A stretch of 64,000 nucleotides of DNA. It comes from Escherichia coli (GTDB taxonomy: Bacteria > Pseudomonadota > Gammaproteobacteria > Enterobacterales > Enterobacteriaceae). Made by a program: the position numbers and the translations under genes. Positions 48,046 to 62,876 of this stretch are shown here, piece by piece; within the stretch, counting starts at the first letter, position 1, and each line of letters starts with the position of its first letter. Below the pieces are notes generated by a model, which saw only the letters and a list, made by a program, of their open reading frames with translations, searched no databases and had not been told where the DNA came from. The stretch is from the NCBI RefSeq assembly GCF_044324875.1, contig NZ_CP172185.1. One strand, given 5' to 3'.

Positions 48046-49341
48046 GTGCAATCACTTACTACGGCGCTGGAAAATCTACTGCGCCATTTGTCGCAAGAGA
48101 TTCCGGCGACACCCGGCATTCGGGTTATTGATATTCCTTTCCCTCTCAAAGACGCTTTTGATGCCTTGAGCTGGCTGGCCAGTCAGCAAACGTACCCGCA
48201 ATTCTACTGGCAACAACGTAATGGTGATGAAGAAGCTGCCGTCCTGGGTGCGATTACCCGTTTTACGTCGTTGGACCAGGCACAAACGTTTCTTCGTCAG
48301 CACCCGGAACACGCCGACTTACGCATCTGGGGGCTGAATGCGTTTGACCCGTCGCAGGGCAATTTACTTCTACCACGTCTGGAATGGCGACGTTGTGGCG
48401 GTAAAGCCACGCTGCGGCTGACGCTATTCAGCGAAAGCTCCCTTCAGCATGATGCGATTAAGGCAAAAGAATTTATCGCCACACTGGTGAGTATTAAACC
48501 CTTGCCTGGGTTACATTTAACCACCACGCGAGAACAACACTGGCCGGACAAAACGGGGTGGACGCAATTAATCGAACTGGCAACGAAAACCATCGCCGAA
48601 GGTGAGCTCGACAAAGTGGTGCTTGCTCGGGCAACTGACCTGCATTTCGCAAGTCCGGTCAATGCGGCAGCGATGATGGCTGCCAGTCGTCGGCTTAATC
48701 TGAACTGCTATCATTTTTACATGGCCTTTGATGGCGAAAATGCTTTTCTTGGCTCTTCACCGGAACGGTTATGGCGGCGGCGTGACAAAGCGCTGCGTAC
48801 TGAAGCGCTGGCGGGAACGGTAGCAAATCATCCTGATGACAAGCAGGCGCAGCAGCTAGGTGAGTGGCTGATGGCAGATGATAAAAACCAGCGCGAGAAC
48901 ATGTTGGTGGTGGAAGATATCTGCCAACGATTGCAGGCCGATACCCTGACGCTGGATGTTTTACCGCCGCAGGTACTGCGTCTGCGTAAAGTGCAGCATC
49001 TTCGCCGCTGTATCTGGACTGCACTCAACAAAGCGGATGATGTGATCTGTTTACATCAGTTGCAGCCAACGGCAGCAGTTGCTGGCTTACCGCGCGATCT
49101 GGCGCGACAGTTTATCGCCCGTCACGAACCGTTCACCCGAGAATGGTACGCCGGTTCTGCGGGCTATCTCTCATTACAACAAAGCGAATTCTGCGTTTCC
49201 CTGCGCTCAGCAAAAATCAGTGGCAATGTCGTGCGATTATATGCTGGCGCGGGCATTGTCCGTGGTTCCGACCCCGAGCAAGAGTGGCAGGAAATCGACA
49301 ACAAAGCGGCAGGGCTGCGTACTTTATTACAAATGGAATAG
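48046..49341 (+). CDS. menF: isochorismate synthase (menaquinone-specific)
   Basis: 431 aa chorismate-utilising enzyme fold; GTG start; first gene of the men cluster. Confidence 0.9.
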   Translation: MQSLTTALENLLRHLSQEIPATPGIRVIDIPFPLKDAFDALSWLASQQTYPQFYWQQRNGDEEAAVLGAITRFTSLDQAQTFLRQHPEHADLRIWGLNAFDPSQGNLLLPRLEWRRCGGKATLRLTLFSESSLQHDAIKAKEFIATLVSIKPLPGLHLTTTREQHWPDKTGWTQLIELATKTIAEGELDKVVLARATDLHFASPVNAAAMMAASRRLNLNCYHFYMAFDGENAFLGSSPERLWRRRDKALRTEALAGTVANHPDDKQAQQLGEWLMADDKNQRENMLVVEDICQRLQADTLTLDVLPPQVLRLRKVQHLRRCIWTALNKADDVICLHQLQPTAAVAGLPRDLARQFIARHEPFTREWYAGSAGYLSLQQSEFCVSLRSAKISGNVVRLYAGAGIVRGSDPEQEWQEIDNKAAGLRTLLQME

Positions 49342-49429
49342 TAATGAGTCGCATCATTACCGATTCATATCAATAATCTATTTTTGTAGCTCCTTATACT
49401 TAGCCGCAATATTGATACCGGACAAACTC

Positions 49430-51100
49430 ATGTCAGTAAGCGCATTTAACCGACGCTGGGCGGCGGTCATTCTGGAAGCATTAACGCGTCACGGCGTCAG
49501 ACACATCTGTATCGCCCCTGGCTCGCGTTCTACACCGTTAACGTTAGCGGCGGCGGAGAATTCCGCATTCATTCACCACACCCATTTCGATGAGCGTGGA
49601 CTGGGGCATCTGGCGCTGGGGCTGGCGAAAGTCAGCAAGCAGCCGGTGGCGGTGATTGTGACCTCCGGCACGGCGGTAGCAAATCTCTATCCTGCACTGA
49701 TTGAAGCTGGGTTAACCGGAGAAAAACTGATCCTGTTAACCGCCGATCGCCCGCCGGAGCTAATTGACTGCGGCGCGAATCAGGCGATTCGTCAGCCGGG
49801 AATGTTCGCCTCTCACCCCACGCACAGTATTTCACTGCCGCGCCCGACCCAGGATATCCCCGCACGTTGGCTGGTTTCTACCATCGACCACGCTCTCGGT
49901 ACGCTTCATGCTGGTGGAGTCCATATCAACTGCCCGTTTGCTGAACCGCTGTATGGCGAAATGGACGACACCGGGCTTAGCTGGCAACAGCGTCTGGGCG
50001 ACTGGTGGCAGGACGATAAGCCGTGGCTGCGTGAAGCGCCTCGTCTGGAAAGTGAAAAACAGCGCGACTGGTTCTTCTGGCGACAAAAGCGCGGCGTGGT
50101 GGTTGCCGGGCGCATGAGTGCGGAAGAGGGCAAAAAAGTTACACTGTGGGCGCAAACTCTTGGCTGGCCGCTGATCGGCGATGTGCTGTCGCAAACCGGG
50201 CAGCCGCTGCCGTGTGCCGATCTCTGGTTAGGCAATGCCAAAGCGATCAGCGAACTGCAACAGGCGCAAATTGTGGTGCAACTGGGAAGCAGCCTGACGG
50301 GCAAACGGCTCCTGCAATGGCAGGCAATCTGTGAACCCGAAGAGTACTGGATTGTTGATGACATTGAAGGGCGACTTGATCCGGCACACCATCGCGGACG
50401 TCGCTTAATTGCCAATATTGCCGACTGGCTGGAGCAACATCCGGCAGAAAAACGCCAGCCCTGGTGCGTTGAAATCCCGCGCCTGGCTGAACAGGCAATG
50501 CAGGCGGTTATTGCCCGTCGCGATGCGTTTGGCGAAGCGCAACTGGCGCATCGCATCAGCGACTATCTGCCTGAACAGGGGCAATTGTTTGTCGGTAACA
50601 GCCTGGTGGTACGTCTGATTGATGCGCTTTCGCAACTTCCGGCAGGTTACCCGGTGTACAGCAACCGTGGTGCCAGCGGTATCGACGGGCTGCTCTCAAC
50701 TGCCGCTGGCGTTCAGCGGGCCAGTGGCAAACCGACGCTGGCGATTGTGGGCGATCTCTCAGCACTTTACGATCTCAACGCGCTGGCGTTATTACGTCAG
50801 GTTTCCGCGCCGCTGGTATTAATTGTGGTGAACAACAACGGCGGGCAAATTTTCTCGCTGTTGCCAACGCCGAAAAACGAGCGCGAGCGTTTCTATCTGA
50901 TGCCGCAAAACGTCCATTTTGAGCACGCCGCCGCGATGTTCGAGCTGAAATATCATCGTCCGCAAAACTGGCAGGAACTTGAAACGGCGCTTGCTGACGC
51001 CTGGCGCACGCCAACCACCACGGTGATTGAAATGGTGGTTAACGACACCGATGGTGCGCAAACGCTCCAGCAACTTCTGGCGCAGGTAAGCCATTTATGA
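49430..51100 (+). CDS. menD: SEPHCHC synthase (2-succinyl-5-enolpyruvyl-6-hydroxy-3-cyclohexene-1-carboxylate synthase)
   Basis: 556 aa from ATG at 49430 ([13 protein letters not shown]...), TPP-dependent enzyme; the track ORF from 49079 is an upstream extension overlapping menF. Confidence 0.9.
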   Translation: MSVSAFNRRWAAVILEALTRHGVRHICIAPGSRSTPLTLAAAENSAFIHHTHFDERGLGHLALGLAKVSKQPVAVIVTSGTAVANLYPALIEAGLTGEKLILLTADRPPELIDCGANQAIRQPGMFASHPTHSISLPRPTQDIPARWLVSTIDHALGTLHAGGVHINCPFAEPLYGEMDDTGLSWQQRLGDWWQDDKPWLREAPRLESEKQRDWFFWRQKRGVVVAGRMSAEEGKKVTLWAQTLGWPLIGDVLSQTGQPLPCADLWLGNAKAISELQQAQIVVQLGSSLTGKRLLQWQAICEPEEYWIVDDIEGRLDPAHHRGRRLIANIADWLEQHPAEKRQPWCVEIPRLAEQAMQAVIARRDAFGEAQLAHRISDYLPEQGQLFVGNSLVVRLIDALSQLPAGYPVYSNRGASGIDGLLSTAAGVQRASGKPTLAIVGDLSALYDLNALALLRQVSAPLVLIVVNNNGGQIFSLLPTPKNERERFYLMPQNVHFEHAAAMFELKYHRPQNWQELETALADAWRTPTTTVIEMVVNDTDGAQTLQQLLAQVSHL

Positions 51101-51855
51101 TCCTGCACGCGCAGGCAAAACACGGCAAACCAGGTTTACCCTGGCTGGTGTTTTTGCACGGTTTTTCCGGCGATTGCCACGAATGGCAAGAAGTGGGCGA
51201 GGCGTTTGCCGACTACTCGCGGTTGTATGTTGATCTCCCAGGTCACGGTGGTTCAGCGACGATCAGCGTCGATGGATTTGATGATGTCACCGACTTACTG
51301 TGTAAAACGCTGGTTAGTTACAACATCCTTAACTTCTGGCTGGTGGGGTACTCGCTTGGCGGACGGGTGGCGATGATGGCGGCTTGCCAGGAGCTGGCGG
51401 GGCTTTGTGGAGTTGTTGTCGAAGGCGGGCATCCTGGGTTGCAAAATGCTGAACAACGCGCGGAACGTCAGCGTTCCGATCGCCAATGGGCGCAGCGTTT
51501 TCGTACAGAACCGTTAACGGCGGTATTTGCCGATTGGTATCAACAGCCTGTTTTTACCTCGCTCAATGACGATCAACGCCGGGAGCTGGTGGCGCTGCGC
51601 AGCAACAATAATGGCACAACCCTTGCCGCCATGCTGGAGGCGACTTCTCTCGCCGTTCAGCCTGATTTACGTGCTAACCTTAGCGCCCGCACATTTGCGT
51701 TTTATTATTTATGTGGTGAACGTGACAGCAAATTCCGCGCCCTGGCGGCGGAACTGGCTGCCGAATGCCATGTCATTCCTCGCGCCGGACATAACGCGCA
51801 TCGGGAAAATCCCGCTGGCGTAATCGCAAGTCTGGCGCAGATCTTGCGTTTCTGA
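51097..51855 (+). CDS. menH: SHCHC synthase (alpha/beta hydrolase)
   Basis: 252 aa alpha/beta hydrolase with nucleophile motif GYSLGG; 4 bp overlap with menD. Confidence 0.85.
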   Translation: MILHAQAKHGKPGLPWLVFLHGFSGDCHEWQEVGEAFADYSRLYVDLPGHGGSATISVDGFDDVTDLLCKTLVSYNILNFWLVGYSLGGRVAMMAACQELAGLCGVVVEGGHPGLQNAEQRAERQRSDRQWAQRFRTEPLTAVFADWYQQPVFTSLNDDQRRELVALRSNNNGTTLAAMLEATSLAVQPDLRANLSARTFAFYYLCGERDSKFRALAAELAAECHVIPRAGHNAHRENPAGVIASLAQILRF

Positions 51856-51869
51856 CTAAAGGACACAAT

Positions 51870-52727
51870 ATGATTTATCCTGATGAAGCAATGCTTTACG
51901 CACCGGTTGAATGGCACGACTGCTCCGAAGGTTTCGAGGACATTCGTTATGAAAAATCTGCCGACGGTATCGCAAAAATCACCATTAATCGTCCGCAGGT
52001 GCGCAATGCCTTCCGTCCTCTGACGGTAAAAGAGATGATCCAGGCGCTGGCAGATGCGCGTTATGACGACAACATCGGCGTGATCATTCTGACTGGTGCA
52101 GGCGATAAAGCGTTCTGCTCCGGTGGTGACCAGAAAGTGCGTGGCGATTACGGCGGCTATAAAGATGATTCCGGCGTACATCACCTGAACGTGCTGGACT
52201 TCCAGCGTCAGATCCGTACCTGTCCGAAACCGGTTGTCGCGATGGTGGCTGGCTACTCCATCGGCGGCGGTCACGTTCTGCACATGATGTGCGACCTGAC
52301 TATCGCGGCAGATAATGCCATCTTCGGTCAGACTGGCCCGAAAGTCGGTTCCTTCGACGGCGGCTGGGGCGCTTCCTACATGGCGCGCATCGTCGGGCAG
52401 AAAAAAGCACGTGAAATCTGGTTCCTGTGCCGTCAGTACGACGCGAAACAGGCGCTGGATATGGGCCTTGTAAACACCGTGGTACCGCTGGCGGATCTGG
52501 AAAAAGAAACCGTCCGCTGGTGCCGCGAAATGCTGCAAAACAGCCCGATGGCGCTGCGCTGCCTGAAAGCTGCACTGAACGCCGACTGTGACGGTCAGGC
52601 AGGTCTGCAGGAGCTGGCGGGCAACGCCACCATGCTGTTCTACATGACGGAAGAAGGTCAGGAAGGTCGCAACGCCTTCAACCAGAAACGTCAGCCTGAC
52701 TTCAGCAAATTCAAACGGAATCCGTAA
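51870..52727 (+). CDS. menB: 1,4-dihydroxy-2-naphthoyl-CoA synthase
   Basis: 285 aa crotonase-fold enzyme. Confidence 0.95.
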   Translation: MIYPDEAMLYAPVEWHDCSEGFEDIRYEKSADGIAKITINRPQVRNAFRPLTVKEMIQALADARYDDNIGVIILTGAGDKAFCSGGDQKVRGDYGGYKDDSGVHHLNVLDFQRQIRTCPKPVVAMVAGYSIGGGHVLHMMCDLTIAADNAIFGQTGPKVGSFDGGWGASYMARIVGQKKAREIWFLCRQYDAKQALDMGLVNTVVPLADLEKETVRWCREMLQNSPMALRCLKAALNADCDGQAGLQELAGNATMLFYMTEEGQEGRNAFNQKRQPDFSKFKRNP

Positions 52728-53689
52728 TGCGTAGCGCGCAGGTATACCGCTGGCAGATCCCCATGGACGCGGGGGTGGTTCTGCGCGACAGGCGGTTAAA
52801 AACCCGCGACGGGCTGTACGTTTGCCTGCGTGAGGGCGAGCGCGAAGGGTGGGGGGAGATCTCCCCACTGCCGGGCTTCAGCCAGGAAACCTGGGAAGAG
52901 GCGCAAAGCGTGCTGCTTGCCTGGGTAAATAACTGGCTGGCAGGCGATTGCGAGCTACCGCAGATGCCTTCCGTGGCCTTTGGCGTAAGCTGTGCATTGG
53001 CAGAACTGACCGATGCGTTGCCGCAAGCAGCCAACTACCGTGCGGCACCGCTGTGTAATGGCGATCCGGACGATCTGATCCTCAAACTTGCCGATATGCC
53101 GGGCGAGAAAGTGGCGAAGGTCAAAGTGGGATTGTACGAAGCCGTGCGCGACGGCATGGTGGTCAATCTGTTGCTGGAGGCAATTCCGGATCTGCATTTG
53201 CGTCTTGACGCGAACCGCGCCTGGACACCGCTGAAAGGCCAGCAGTTTGCCAAATACGTTAACCCGGATTATCGCCACCGCATTGCTTTTCTCGAAGAGC
53301 CGTGCAAAACCCGCGATGATTCGCGAGCGTTTGCCCGTGAAACCGGCATTGCCATTGCCTGGGATGAAAGCCTGCGCGAGCCGGATTTTACCTTTGTGGC
53401 TGAAGAGGGCGTGCGCGCGGTAGTTATCAAACCCACGCTCACGGGCAGCCTGGAGAAAGTACGCGAGCAGGTAGAGGCGGCGCACGCGTTGGGGCTGACG
53501 GCGGTGATCAGTTCATCTATTGAGTCGAGCTTAGGCTTAACGCAACTGGCGCGGATTGCCGCCTGGTTAACGCCAGAGACTATTCCAGGGCTGGACACGC
53601 TGGATCTGATGCAGGCGCAGCAGGTACGTCGCTGGCCGGGTAGCACGCTGCCTGTCGTGGAAGTTGATGCGCTGGAGCGGTTGTTATGA
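52727..53689 (+). CDS. menC: o-succinylbenzoate synthase
   Basis: 320 aa enolase-superfamily enzyme; start overlaps the menB stop. Confidence 0.9.
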   Translation: MRSAQVYRWQIPMDAGVVLRDRRLKTRDGLYVCLREGEREGWGEISPLPGFSQETWEEAQSVLLAWVNNWLAGDCELPQMPSVAFGVSCALAELTDALPQAANYRAAPLCNGDPDDLILKLADMPGEKVAKVKVGLYEAVRDGMVVNLLLEAIPDLHLRLDANRAWTPLKGQQFAKYVNPDYRHRIAFLEEPCKTRDDSRAFARETGIAIAWDESLREPDFTFVAEEGVRAVVIKPTLTGSLEKVREQVEAAHALGLTAVISSSIESSLGLTQLARIAAWLTPETIPGLDTLDLMQAQQVRRWPGSTLPVVEVDALERLL

Positions 53690-55041
53690 TCTTCTCTGAC
53701 TGGCCGTGGCGTCACTGGCGGCAAGTGCGGGGAGAAGCCATCGCCTTACGTCTTAATGACGAGCAACTCAACTGGCGCGAGCTTTGTGCTCGCGTCGATG
53801 AATTAGCCTCCGGCTTTGCGGCGCAGGGCGTTGTTGAGGGCAGCGGTGTGATGTTGCGGGCGTGGAATACGCCACAAACGCTGCTCGCCTGGCTGGCGTT
53901 ACTGCAATGCGGGGCGCGGGTGCTGCCCGTGAACCCTCTGCTGCCGCAACCGTTGCTTGAAGAATTGCTGCCCAATCTTACGCTGCAATTTGCGTTGGTG
54001 CCGGATGGGGAAAACACGTTTCCGGCATTAACTTCGCTGCACATTCAGCTGGTTGAAGGCGCACATGCCGCTGCGTGGCAGCCGACGCGTCTGTGCTCAA
54101 TGACGTTAACCTCTGGTTCCACTGGCTTGCCGAAAGCCGCTGTTCATACTTATCAGGCTCATCTTGCCAGCGCCGAAGGGGTGTTATCGCTGATTCCGTT
54201 TGGCGATCACGATGACTGGTTGCTCTCTTTACCGCTGTTTCACGTCTCCGGTCAGGGAATTATGTGGCGCTGGTTATACGCTGGTGCGCGGATGACGGTG
54301 CGTGATAAACAGCCATTGGATCAAATGCTGGCAGGCTGTACTCACGCTTCACTGGTGCCAACACAACTCTGGCGTTTGCTGGTTAACCGCAGTTCCGTTT
54401 CCCTGAAAGCGGTGTTACTTGGTGGTGCGGCAATTCCAGTCGAGTTGACGGAACAGGCGCGCGAGCAGGGGATTCGTTGCTTTTGCGGCTATGGTCTGAC
54501 CGAGTTTGCCTCCACAGTGTGTGCGAAAGAAGCCGACGGTCTGGCAGACGTCGGTTCGCCGCTGCCGGGTCGGGAAGTGAAAATCGTAAACGACGAAGTG
54601 TGGCTGCGGGCTGCCAGCATGGCAGAAGGTTACTGGCGTAACGGGCAACTGGTTCCACTGGTTAATGATGAAGGCTGGTGCGCCACGCGCGATCGCGGTG
54701 AGATGCATAATGGCAAGCTGACCATTGTCGGACGTTTAGACAATCTGTTCTTCAGTGGTGGCGAAGGCATTCAGCCAGAAGAAGTCGAGCGCGTTATTGC
54801 TGCACATCCTGCGGTTTTGCAGGTGTTTATCGTTCCCGTTGCTGACAAGGAGTTTGGTCATCGACCGGTAGCGGTGGTGGAGTATGACCAGCAAACCGTT
54901 GATCTTGGCGAATGGGTGAAAGATAAGCTGGCCCGTTTTCAGCAACCGGTGCGTTGGTTAACGTTGCCGCCTGAACTGAAAAACGGCGGTATTAAAATTT
55001 CACGTCAGGCGCTAAAAGAGTGGGTGCAACGTCAGCAATAA
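53686..55041 (+). CDS. menE: o-succinylbenzoate-CoA ligase
   Basis: 451 aa adenylate-forming enzyme with AMP-binding motif [10 protein letters not shown]. Confidence 0.9.
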   Translation: MIFSDWPWRHWRQVRGEAIALRLNDEQLNWRELCARVDELASGFAAQGVVEGSGVMLRAWNTPQTLLAWLALLQCGARVLPVNPLLPQPLLEELLPNLTLQFALVPDGENTFPALTSLHIQLVEGAHAAAWQPTRLCSMTLTSGSTGLPKAAVHTYQAHLASAEGVLSLIPFGDHDDWLLSLPLFHVSGQGIMWRWLYAGARMTVRDKQPLDQMLAGCTHASLVPTQLWRLLVNRSSVSLKAVLLGGAAIPVELTEQAREQGIRCFCGYGLTEFASTVCAKEADGLADVGSPLPGREVKIVNDEVWLRAASMAEGYWRNGQLVPLVNDEGWCATRDRGEMHNGKLTIVGRLDNLFFSGGEGIQPEEVERVIAAHPAVLQVFIVPVADKEFGHRPVAVVEYDQQTVDLGEWVKDKLARFQQPVRWLTLPPELKNGGIKISRQALKEWVQRQQ

Positions 55042-55150
55042 TTAACCCTCCGTTTCACTTCTCATTTCTGCCATTCCATTGCCGTTGATAAAGAGTTTAT
55101 CTGTTAATCTGTAAATTGATGTGAAAACTCTTAGCAAACAGGATAATGCA

Positions 55151-55417
55151 ATGGAATGGCTGGTCAAAAAATCGTGCTGCAATAAACAAGATAACAGACA
55201 TGTACTTATGCTCTGCGATGCTGGCGGCGCGATAAAAATGATCGCCGAAGTGAAGAGTGACTTCGCCGTGAAAGTGGGGGATTTACTCTCCCCTTTGCAG
55301 AATGCGCTTTATTGTATTAATCGTGAAAAGCTGCATACGGTGAAAGTCCTCTCGGCAAGCAGTTATAGCCCCGATGAGTGGGAACGGCAGTGTACAGCGG
55401 CAGGGAAAACTCAGTAA
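55151..55417 (+). CDS. pmrD: signal transduction connector protein PmrD
   Basis: 88 aa from ATG at 55151 (MEWLVKKS...); between menE and the arn operon. Confidence 0.75.
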   Translation: MEWLVKKSCCNKQDNRHVLMLCDAGGAIKMIAEVKSDFAVKVGDLLSPLQNALYCINREKLHTVKVLSASSYSPDEWERQCTAAGKTQ

Positions 55418-55797
55418 CGTTGTTTTGTCGTGGGCAGGAAAATCAACATCAACCCGCTCATAATACAAGCAACTCCCAGTAGTGCCTTCAGCGAAAAAGT
55501 TCCTTCCCAGCCGGGAAGTATCATTGATGCAATCCATACCAGCACATAGCTCATACTGAGCAAGGCATAGGCTTTGCTTAACGCAAGTTTATGTAGCGTT
55601 TTATACCAACAAAAAACGGAAAGCAGATAACCCAGCAGCCCGAGTAACAGTATCCGGGCATCCAGGCCAAAAGCTAACAGCGCCGCGATAAAATCCCATA
55701 AGTGCGTCATCGGCGGCAGATGACTCGCCGCAAAACCCAGGCTTAATTGCGCAGCGGAGGCGATAATGACGCTGAATAATCCCCACATCAGGCCCAT
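55411..55797 (-). CDS. arnF: undecaprenyl-phosphate-L-Ara4N flippase subunit ArnF
   Basis: 128 aa from [17 protein letters not shown]..., 4-TM SMR-like protein; the 222 aa track ORF is a frame extension running into arnE. Confidence 0.75.
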   Translation of the reverse strand: MGLMWGLFSVIIASAAQLSLGFAASHLPPMTHLWDFIAALLAFGLDARILLLGLLGYLLSVFCWYKTLHKLALSKAYALLSMSYVLVWIASMILPGWEGTFSLKALLGVACIMSGLMLIFLPTTKQRY

Positions 55798-56132
55798 TAC
55801 ACGGTACTCCCGAGGATCACAATGCCACCAATAATGAACGCCACCCCACACCAGTGACGCGGCGATACCGGTTCGTGCCACAGTTTTACTGCAGCCAGCG
55901 TCACCCAGACAAAATTCAGACTTAACATCGGGTAGGCAATGCCTACCGGTACGTTCTGCAAGACCAGCAGCCAGAGCACCATGGCAAGACCAAGACAAGC
56001 CAGCGCCAGTCCCAGCCACAGCACGATATGTTTGCGCCGTTTGTTTATCGCCACAAAGCAGGTTGCCTGTTTCTGACACAACTGCCCGGCAACGCTAAGC
56101 AAGCTGGCAAAGACTAATGTTAGCCAGATCAT
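55797..56132 (-). CDS. arnE: undecaprenyl-phosphate-L-Ara4N flippase subunit ArnE
   Basis: 111 aa 4-TM SMR-like protein; overlaps arnT and arnF ends. Confidence 0.75.
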
Positions 56133-57781
56133 TTGGGACGATACTGAATCAGCACCAGACGCTCCTGACGATCGATGGCATCTGCGGGCGGAATGGCGAG
56201 ACTGTTGATATCTTCATTGCGGTCAACCGAAAGCACGAGTGTAATAATCCCCTCCTGACGATGTTGATTAAGCCAGTTTGCGAACTCATCACCGCTGACA
56301 AATCTCCCTTTCGCATCCGGATAATTAAGGCCGTATTTCAACTCACCTGTCTGGCGATACATGATGATGTCATCGCGTTGCAGGCTCCATGCCAGACCTG
56401 CGGCAACACCGACGCTATCAGTAAGAATATAGCGGCTTGGCTGAAGTGATTCTTGTGTCATCTCGACAAAAAATTGCGGATGTTTTCCTTCCATGACTCT
56501 GTCAGGAATTGAAAATCCTACCAGCAACGCCAGCCCCAGCGGGCAAAGCGCGGCAAAAGACCAGGTCTTTTCGACGTTTGTTAAGGTGTACCAGCCGAAA
56601 AATGCCCATAGCGAAAAAATCGACCAGGCACAAAAGACTTTATAGCTCTCGAAGGTTTGCCACACTGGCGTGTTCATTGGTCCCCATGGGGAGACCACAA
56701 ATGTGGCAATAATGCCAGTGACACCAAAAGTGATGTTAATCCAGCCATTAATCCGCAGCGCCAGAGGATTATTTTTTGCTGCCAGCAAAGCGTAATGCGC
56801 CATCAGCATTGCCAGAGGTGCAAAGCAGGAAAGAATATAGGTGGGCAATTTGCCTTTGGCGACGGAGAAAAACAGCAGCGGCATTATCGTCCAGCTCAAC
56901 AAATAGACGGTTGCGGAATGCTTGCGGTTTTTCCAGCCTGCGTACAGTGCTCCGGGGAGTAATCCCAGCCACGGCAGGCTACCGGCAATGATGACCGGCA
57001 AGTAGTACCAGAACGGAGCTCTATGCTGAGCATCATCCATTGCAAAGCGTTGAATATGCTCAACCCAGAAAAAATAGTGCCAGAAGTCAGGCTCCCGCTG
57101 CGCTATCGCCAGTCCCCAGGGGAGAACCGTCAGTACGCAACTGATGACCGCCAGCCAGCCGTAAATAAAGAGATCTTTCCAGCGTTTTTGCGTTGCAACC
57201 CATGGAAGCACGCTTAATACCGGCACGGCAAGGGCGAGAAAACCTTTGGTCATCACCCCCATGCCGCAGGTGATTCCCAGCAGTAAAAATCCTGCGCTTT
57301 TGCCTTTCCACGTCTGTGCCTGCATTGCCAGCCAGAAGCTGCACATTCCCGCCACCAGCCAGAAGGCAATAAACGGATCGAGCACGGCATAAGTGCCGAT
57401 GGCATAGACAATAAACAATGAGAGATAAATCACTGCGGCGAGTAATGCCAGACGTTTATCGCGCCATAAGCGCAGAGTAAACCAGGTCACCAGCGCGGCA
57501 GTTAACAGGGTCGCAAAGATAACGCCTGCCCGCACACCAAAGTTATTCGCGCCAAATAGCCATTGCCCAATGCTGTTAATCCAGTATCCGGCAATGGGTT
57601 TTTCGAAATAACGTAGCCCTAACAGATGGGGCACAATCCAGTCGCCGGATGCCAGCATTTCCCGACTGATTTCCGCATAACGCGTTTCATCGGGTTGCCA
57701 GAGCAGACGCGTGCTGATCGGTAACAGGTAATAGCAGGCAATAAACGCGAAGAGGCCGATAAGGTAACGTACCGATTTCAT
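56129..57781 (-). CDS. arnT: undecaprenyl-phosphate-L-Ara4N:lipid A Ara4N transferase
   Basis: 550 aa GT-C/PMT-like polytopic glycosyltransferase. Confidence 0.9.
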
Positions 57782-58671
57782 CAGCGACTACCCGCAATTT
57801 GTTGGCAACCCAGCCAGCCTTCACGTCCGGCAATATTTCCGCGAACAACTTGCCCGAGCGGCAACGTCCCTGATAACAGTTCGCTTAAAGGGCAAAATGT
57901 CACGCCTTCCTGGGCTGCCCGTTTCAGGAGATCCACAAAATTATGCTGATAAGCGCAGCCTTCAACTTCTGCATGAATGGTATAAACCGGCATGCCTTTA
58001 TCTCGCAGGATGCGGTTGAGTAACCAACCGTTAAAATCTTCTGCTTTCACATCCCGACCAATCACTTCATCCCAGGTGGGTAAGGTCACCGGAATTTGCG
58101 CAGTACCGGGTTTTCCTGATTCGAGCAATGGACGAAACGGCATCGCCCCACGACAATCGCTGTTGTAGCGCAAATGGAACGCTTCTTTTGCTTCGATCAC
58201 CTGCTGGTCGGCACGCCAGCCAGCGGCTGCGGAGCAAGTTACCGGTTGGCCGATAATTTCTTCCAGGGTGCGAAGGCCGCGTGCGATATCGTCGACCATT
58301 GTTTGCCGATCCCAGTTACCGCTATGGGCTTGCCATGCATGGTGATCCCAGGCGTGCAGGCCGACTTCGTGGTGTTTAGCCGCTTCACGAATGATATCGG
58401 CATTGGCATGACCAATCTCTTTACCTGGCCAGGCCGTACCTGCCAGTAAAATATCCCAGCCATAAAGCGATGCCGCGTTTGAGCGCAGCATCTTCCACAA
58501 AAACCTTGGCTTCACCAGTCGCCAGAGATGGCGGCCCATATTGTCCGGGCCGACGCTGAAAAAAATGCTGGCCTGAATATTATGCTTACTCAAGATTTCC
58601 AGCAGACGCGGCACGCCTTCACGGGTGCCACGAAAGGTATCGACATCAATGCGTAAGCCGACTTTGGTCAT
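57781..58671 (-). CDS. arnD: Ara4FN-undecaprenyl-phosphate deformylase
   Basis: 296 aa polysaccharide deacetylase-family protein. Confidence 0.85.
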   Translation of the reverse strand: MTKVGLRIDVDTFRGTREGVPRLLEILSKHNIQASIFFSVGPDNMGRHLWRLVKPRFLWKMLRSNAASLYGWDILLAGTAWPGKEIGHANADIIREAAKHHEVGLHAWDHHAWQAHSGNWDRQTMVDDIARGLRTLEEIIGQPVTCSAAAGWRADQQVIEAKEAFHLRYNSDCRGAMPFRPLLESGKPGTAQIPVTLPTWDEVIGRDVKAEDFNGWLLNRILRDKGMPVYTIHAEVEGCAYQHNFVDLLKRAAQEGVTFCPLSELLSGTLPLGQVVRGNIAGREGWLGCQQIAGSR

Positions 58672-60649
58672 GATGGTTTATCCGTAAGATCAACGGTGCG
58701 CAGGAAGAAATCCAGCGTTTCGTCGATGGTTTCCTGCATATCAATTTTTGGTTCCCAGTCCAGGCAGCGGCGGGCATTGCGGATGCTCGGTTTACGATGC
58801 TCTACATCCTGATATCCTTTGCCGTAGTAGCTGCTACTTTCGACAACACGAAAGCCCGCAAACGGTGGGAAGTGATGGCGCAGCGGATGTTTTTCGAAGC
58901 TCGCCAGCAGCATCTCGCCCAGTTCCTCAATGCTCGCTTCGTTATCAGGATTGCCAATGTTGATAATTTCGCCGTCGCAGCGATTTCCCGCATTTTCGAT
59001 AATGCGGTATAACGCCTCGATACCATCGCGAATATCAGTAAAGCAGCGTTTTTGTTTTCCGCCATCAATCAGCTTAATCGGTGAACCCTCTACCAGATTG
59101 AGAATGAGTTGCGTAATAGCGCGGGAGCTGCCGATTCGTGCCGCATTAAGGTTATCCAGTCGTGGTCCCATCCAGTTAAACGGGCGGAAGAGGGTGAACT
59201 GTAAACCCTCTTTTTCGCCATAGGCCCAGATAACCCGATCAAGTAATTGTTTAGACACCGAATAAATCCAGCGTGGTTTATTCACCGGGCCGACGATTAA
59301 ATTAGAATGATCCTCATCGAAGTATTTATCGTTACACATCCCATAAACTTCTGAAGTCGACGGGAAGATGATTCGCTTACGGTACTTCACGCAGTAGCGG
59401 ATAATGCGCAGATTCTCTTCAAAATCGAGTTCAAATACGCGCAGTGGGTTGCGGGTATATTCAATCGGCGTGGCTATCGCCACCAGCGGCAAGACGACAT
59501 CACATTTTTTGACGTGATACTCAATCCATTCGGAATGAATACTGATATCGCCTTCGACAAAGTGAAAATGCGGATGATTCAGAAAACGGCTTATCGCATC
59601 GCTGCCGATATCCAGACCGTAAACTTCATAATGATCTTCGCGCAGCAGGCGTTCTGTCAGATGGTTGCCAATAAAGCCATTCACCCCGAGGATGAGTACC
59701 CGGGTACGGCGTCGGGCGGCACAGGCAGGCTGGCTATTCAAGCGTGAACCTTGCACCAGGCCCAGCGTCTGCGCTAATTGCGAGCCCTGCATAGTAATGC
59801 CGTCGCCCGCCTGTCCGGTGACGATTTCCAGCGCGCCATCGCCACAGGCAATCAGCAGTGGCGCAACAGAAATCACGCTCCCCGGTTGTGCTGCGGGCGC
59901 ATGAGAATGCACGCGTGACGACCAGACGGTAAATTTCTGATTACCAACATAGCTGAAGGCACCCGGCCACGGATCGGCAACGGCACGCACCATGTTGTGC
60001 AGCACGGATGCCGGTTTATGCCATTCGAGGAAACTGTCTTCCGGTGTTCTGCGACCAAAACAGGTGGCTTCGTTTTCGCGCTGGGCGATTTCCAGAATAT
60101 TACCGTGTTTAATGGCGGGTAATGTCTGTTCCAGTAGCTGGCGCGCGGCATGGCACAATTTATGATGCAGCGTAATAGCGATATCGTCTGGCGCAATGGC
60201 AATGCGCAGTTGCGCCACAATGGCCCCGGCATCGGCACGTTTCACCATTCGGTGCAATGTAACGCCAGTTTCCGTTTCACCGTTCACCAGCACCCAGTTC
60301 AGCGGCGCGCGACCACGATATTTTGGTAACAGCGAACCATGCAGATTAAATGCACCTGCGGGAGCGAGCTGCAAAATCTCGTCGCAAATAAGATGGCGAT
60401 AATAAAAAGAGAAAATCACCTCTGGTGAGAGTTGGGCAATACGTTCCACCCACAGCGGATGATTAACGTTATCCGGCGCATAAACCGGAATGCCTCTTTC
60501 CGCCGCCAGACGAGCTACGGAACCATAAAAGGCTTTTTCACCGGGATTATCGGTATGGGTAAAAATGGCGCTAATTTCGTAACCGGCAGCCAGCAGGGCT
60601 TCAATACCGAGGCATCCCATATCGTGGTAGGCAAAAACGACGGTTTTCA

Positions 60650-60650
<1 letters not shown>
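58668..60650 (-). CDS. arnA: bifunctional UDP-glucuronic acid decarboxylase / UDP-Ara4N formyltransferase
   Basis: 660 aa; N-terminal formyltransferase domain, C-terminal SDR domain with [14 protein letters not shown]. Confidence 0.95.
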
Positions 60651-61621
<971 letters not shown>

Positions 61622-62779
61622 TTATTGTCCTGCGAGTTGCTGAAGGGCTGTGATGACGCGGTCGGCATCGGCGGTGGTCATATCCGGGAACAGCGGCAAC
61701 GAACAGATGCGTTCGCTATTCCATTCGGTATTCGGTAACGACAGCGTGGGAAAACGCTCGCGATAATATTTTTGTGTGTGAGCGGCGCGGAAATGTAACC
61801 CGGTACCAATGCCTCTTTCTTTTAACGCTTCCATCAACGCATCGCGACTGATACCACAACGTTGTTCATTGACACGAATAATAAACAGATGCCAGGCGTG
61901 AACGTGCGGCCAGGCGGGAAGGCTTAATGGCTGAAAGGGGAGAGCTGCCAGTGCTTGCTGATATTGCAGAGCAATTTCGCGCCGACGGGTGTTGAGGTGC
62001 TCTAATTTGGCTAACTGGGTCAGGGCAATCGCGGCGTTAATATCGGTCAGATTATACTTATAGCCCGGCGTTAAGACTTCAGCTTGCGGTGCACGGCCCC
62101 AGGTTTGTCTGTCATAGGCATCGACACCCAGACCGTGAAATTTCAGCATCCGTAGCAGGCGGGCAAGGTTTTCATTATCTGTAACAATCAGGCCACCTTC
62201 CGCACAGGTAATATTTTTGATGGCGTGAAACGAAAAAATAGCGGTACCTTTTGCGCCAATATGTCGCCCTTTGTAATACGTACCGACGGCATGGGCAGCA
62301 TCTTCGATAACTGCGATGCCGTAACGTTCGCCAATGGCGCGAATGGCGTCAATATCTGCTGGCGCACCGGCATAATGCACCGGAATGATGGCTTTAGTGC
62401 GTGGCGTAATGGCTGACTCGATCGCTTCAGGCGTGACCATCAGCGTATCGCGGTCGACATCCACCATTACCGGCGTTGCACCCAACAAGGAAATCATATT
62501 GAGGGTTGAAACCCAGGTCAGGGAAGGCGTAATCACTTCATCGCCCTTGCCAATTTCCAACGCCATTAGCGTGATATGCATTCCGGCGGTGGCTGAACTG
62601 ACCGCGATGGCATGCTGATTTCCCGTCAACTGGCAAAAGGCTTGTTCAAGCGCCTGATTCTTCGGACCGGTTGTGATCCAACCGGATTCGAGAACCTCTT
62701 TAACTGCAGCGAGTTCCTCCACGCCCATTGCTGGTCGCGAAAAAGGCAAAAATTCTGACATTGCTTTTCCTTCCGCCAT
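61622..62779 (-). CDS. arnB: UDP-4-amino-4-deoxy-L-arabinose aminotransferase (DegT/ArnB family, PLP)
   Basis: PLP-dependent DegT-family aminotransferase; start ambiguous among in-frame ATGs at 62794, 62779 and 62761 (379-390 aa). Confidence 0.9.
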   Translation of the reverse strand: MAEGKAMSEFLPFSRPAMGVEELAAVKEVLESGWITTGPKNQALEQAFCQLTGNQHAIAVSSATAGMHITLMALEIGKGDEVITPSLTWVSTLNMISLLGATPVMVDVDRDTLMVTPEAIESAITPRTKAIIPVHYAGAPADIDAIRAIGERYGIAVIEDAAHAVGTYYKGRHIGAKGTAIFSFHAIKNITCAEGGLIVTDNENLARLLRMLKFHGLGVDAYDRQTWGRAPQAEVLTPGYKYNLTDINAAIALTQLAKLEHLNTRRREIALQYQQALAALPFQPLSLPAWPHVHAWHLFIIRVNEQRCGISRDALMEALKERGIGTGLHFRAAHTQKYYRERFPTLSLPNTEWNSERICSLPLFPDMTTADADRVITALQQLAGQ

Positions 62780-62859
62780 TGAATACCTGTCCACTTATAT
62801 TTGCTATAAAGAGTGTTGTGTATATTTTGCCATTTGGAGCAAAATTTTAAGGATAGAAT

Positions 62860-62876
62860 ATTAACTTAACCTTAAG
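62860..62876 (-). promoter_or_regulatory. PmrA (BasR) box upstream of arnB
   Basis: Minus strand reads cttaag-gttaa-gttaat, a hexamer direct repeat with 5 bp spacer as in the PmrA consensus YTTAAK-N5-YTTAAK; 81-97 bp upstream of the arnB start. Confidence 0.7.

Noticed and set aside
49079-49429. 117-codon upstream extension of the menD ORF overlapping menF
   Set aside because: The extension is read in another frame of the menF 3' end; the conserved MenD N-terminus begins at the ATG at 49430
55042-55150. Possible PhoP box upstream of pmrD (ctgttaat ctgtaaat direct repeat)
   Set aside because: The repeat spacing and sequence do not fit the TGTTTA-N5-TGTTTA format well enough to call from sequence alone
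55798-56079. 94-codon N-terminal extension of the arnF ORF
   Set aside because: It overlaps arnE in another frame; the ArnF N-terminus starts at the ATG at 55797
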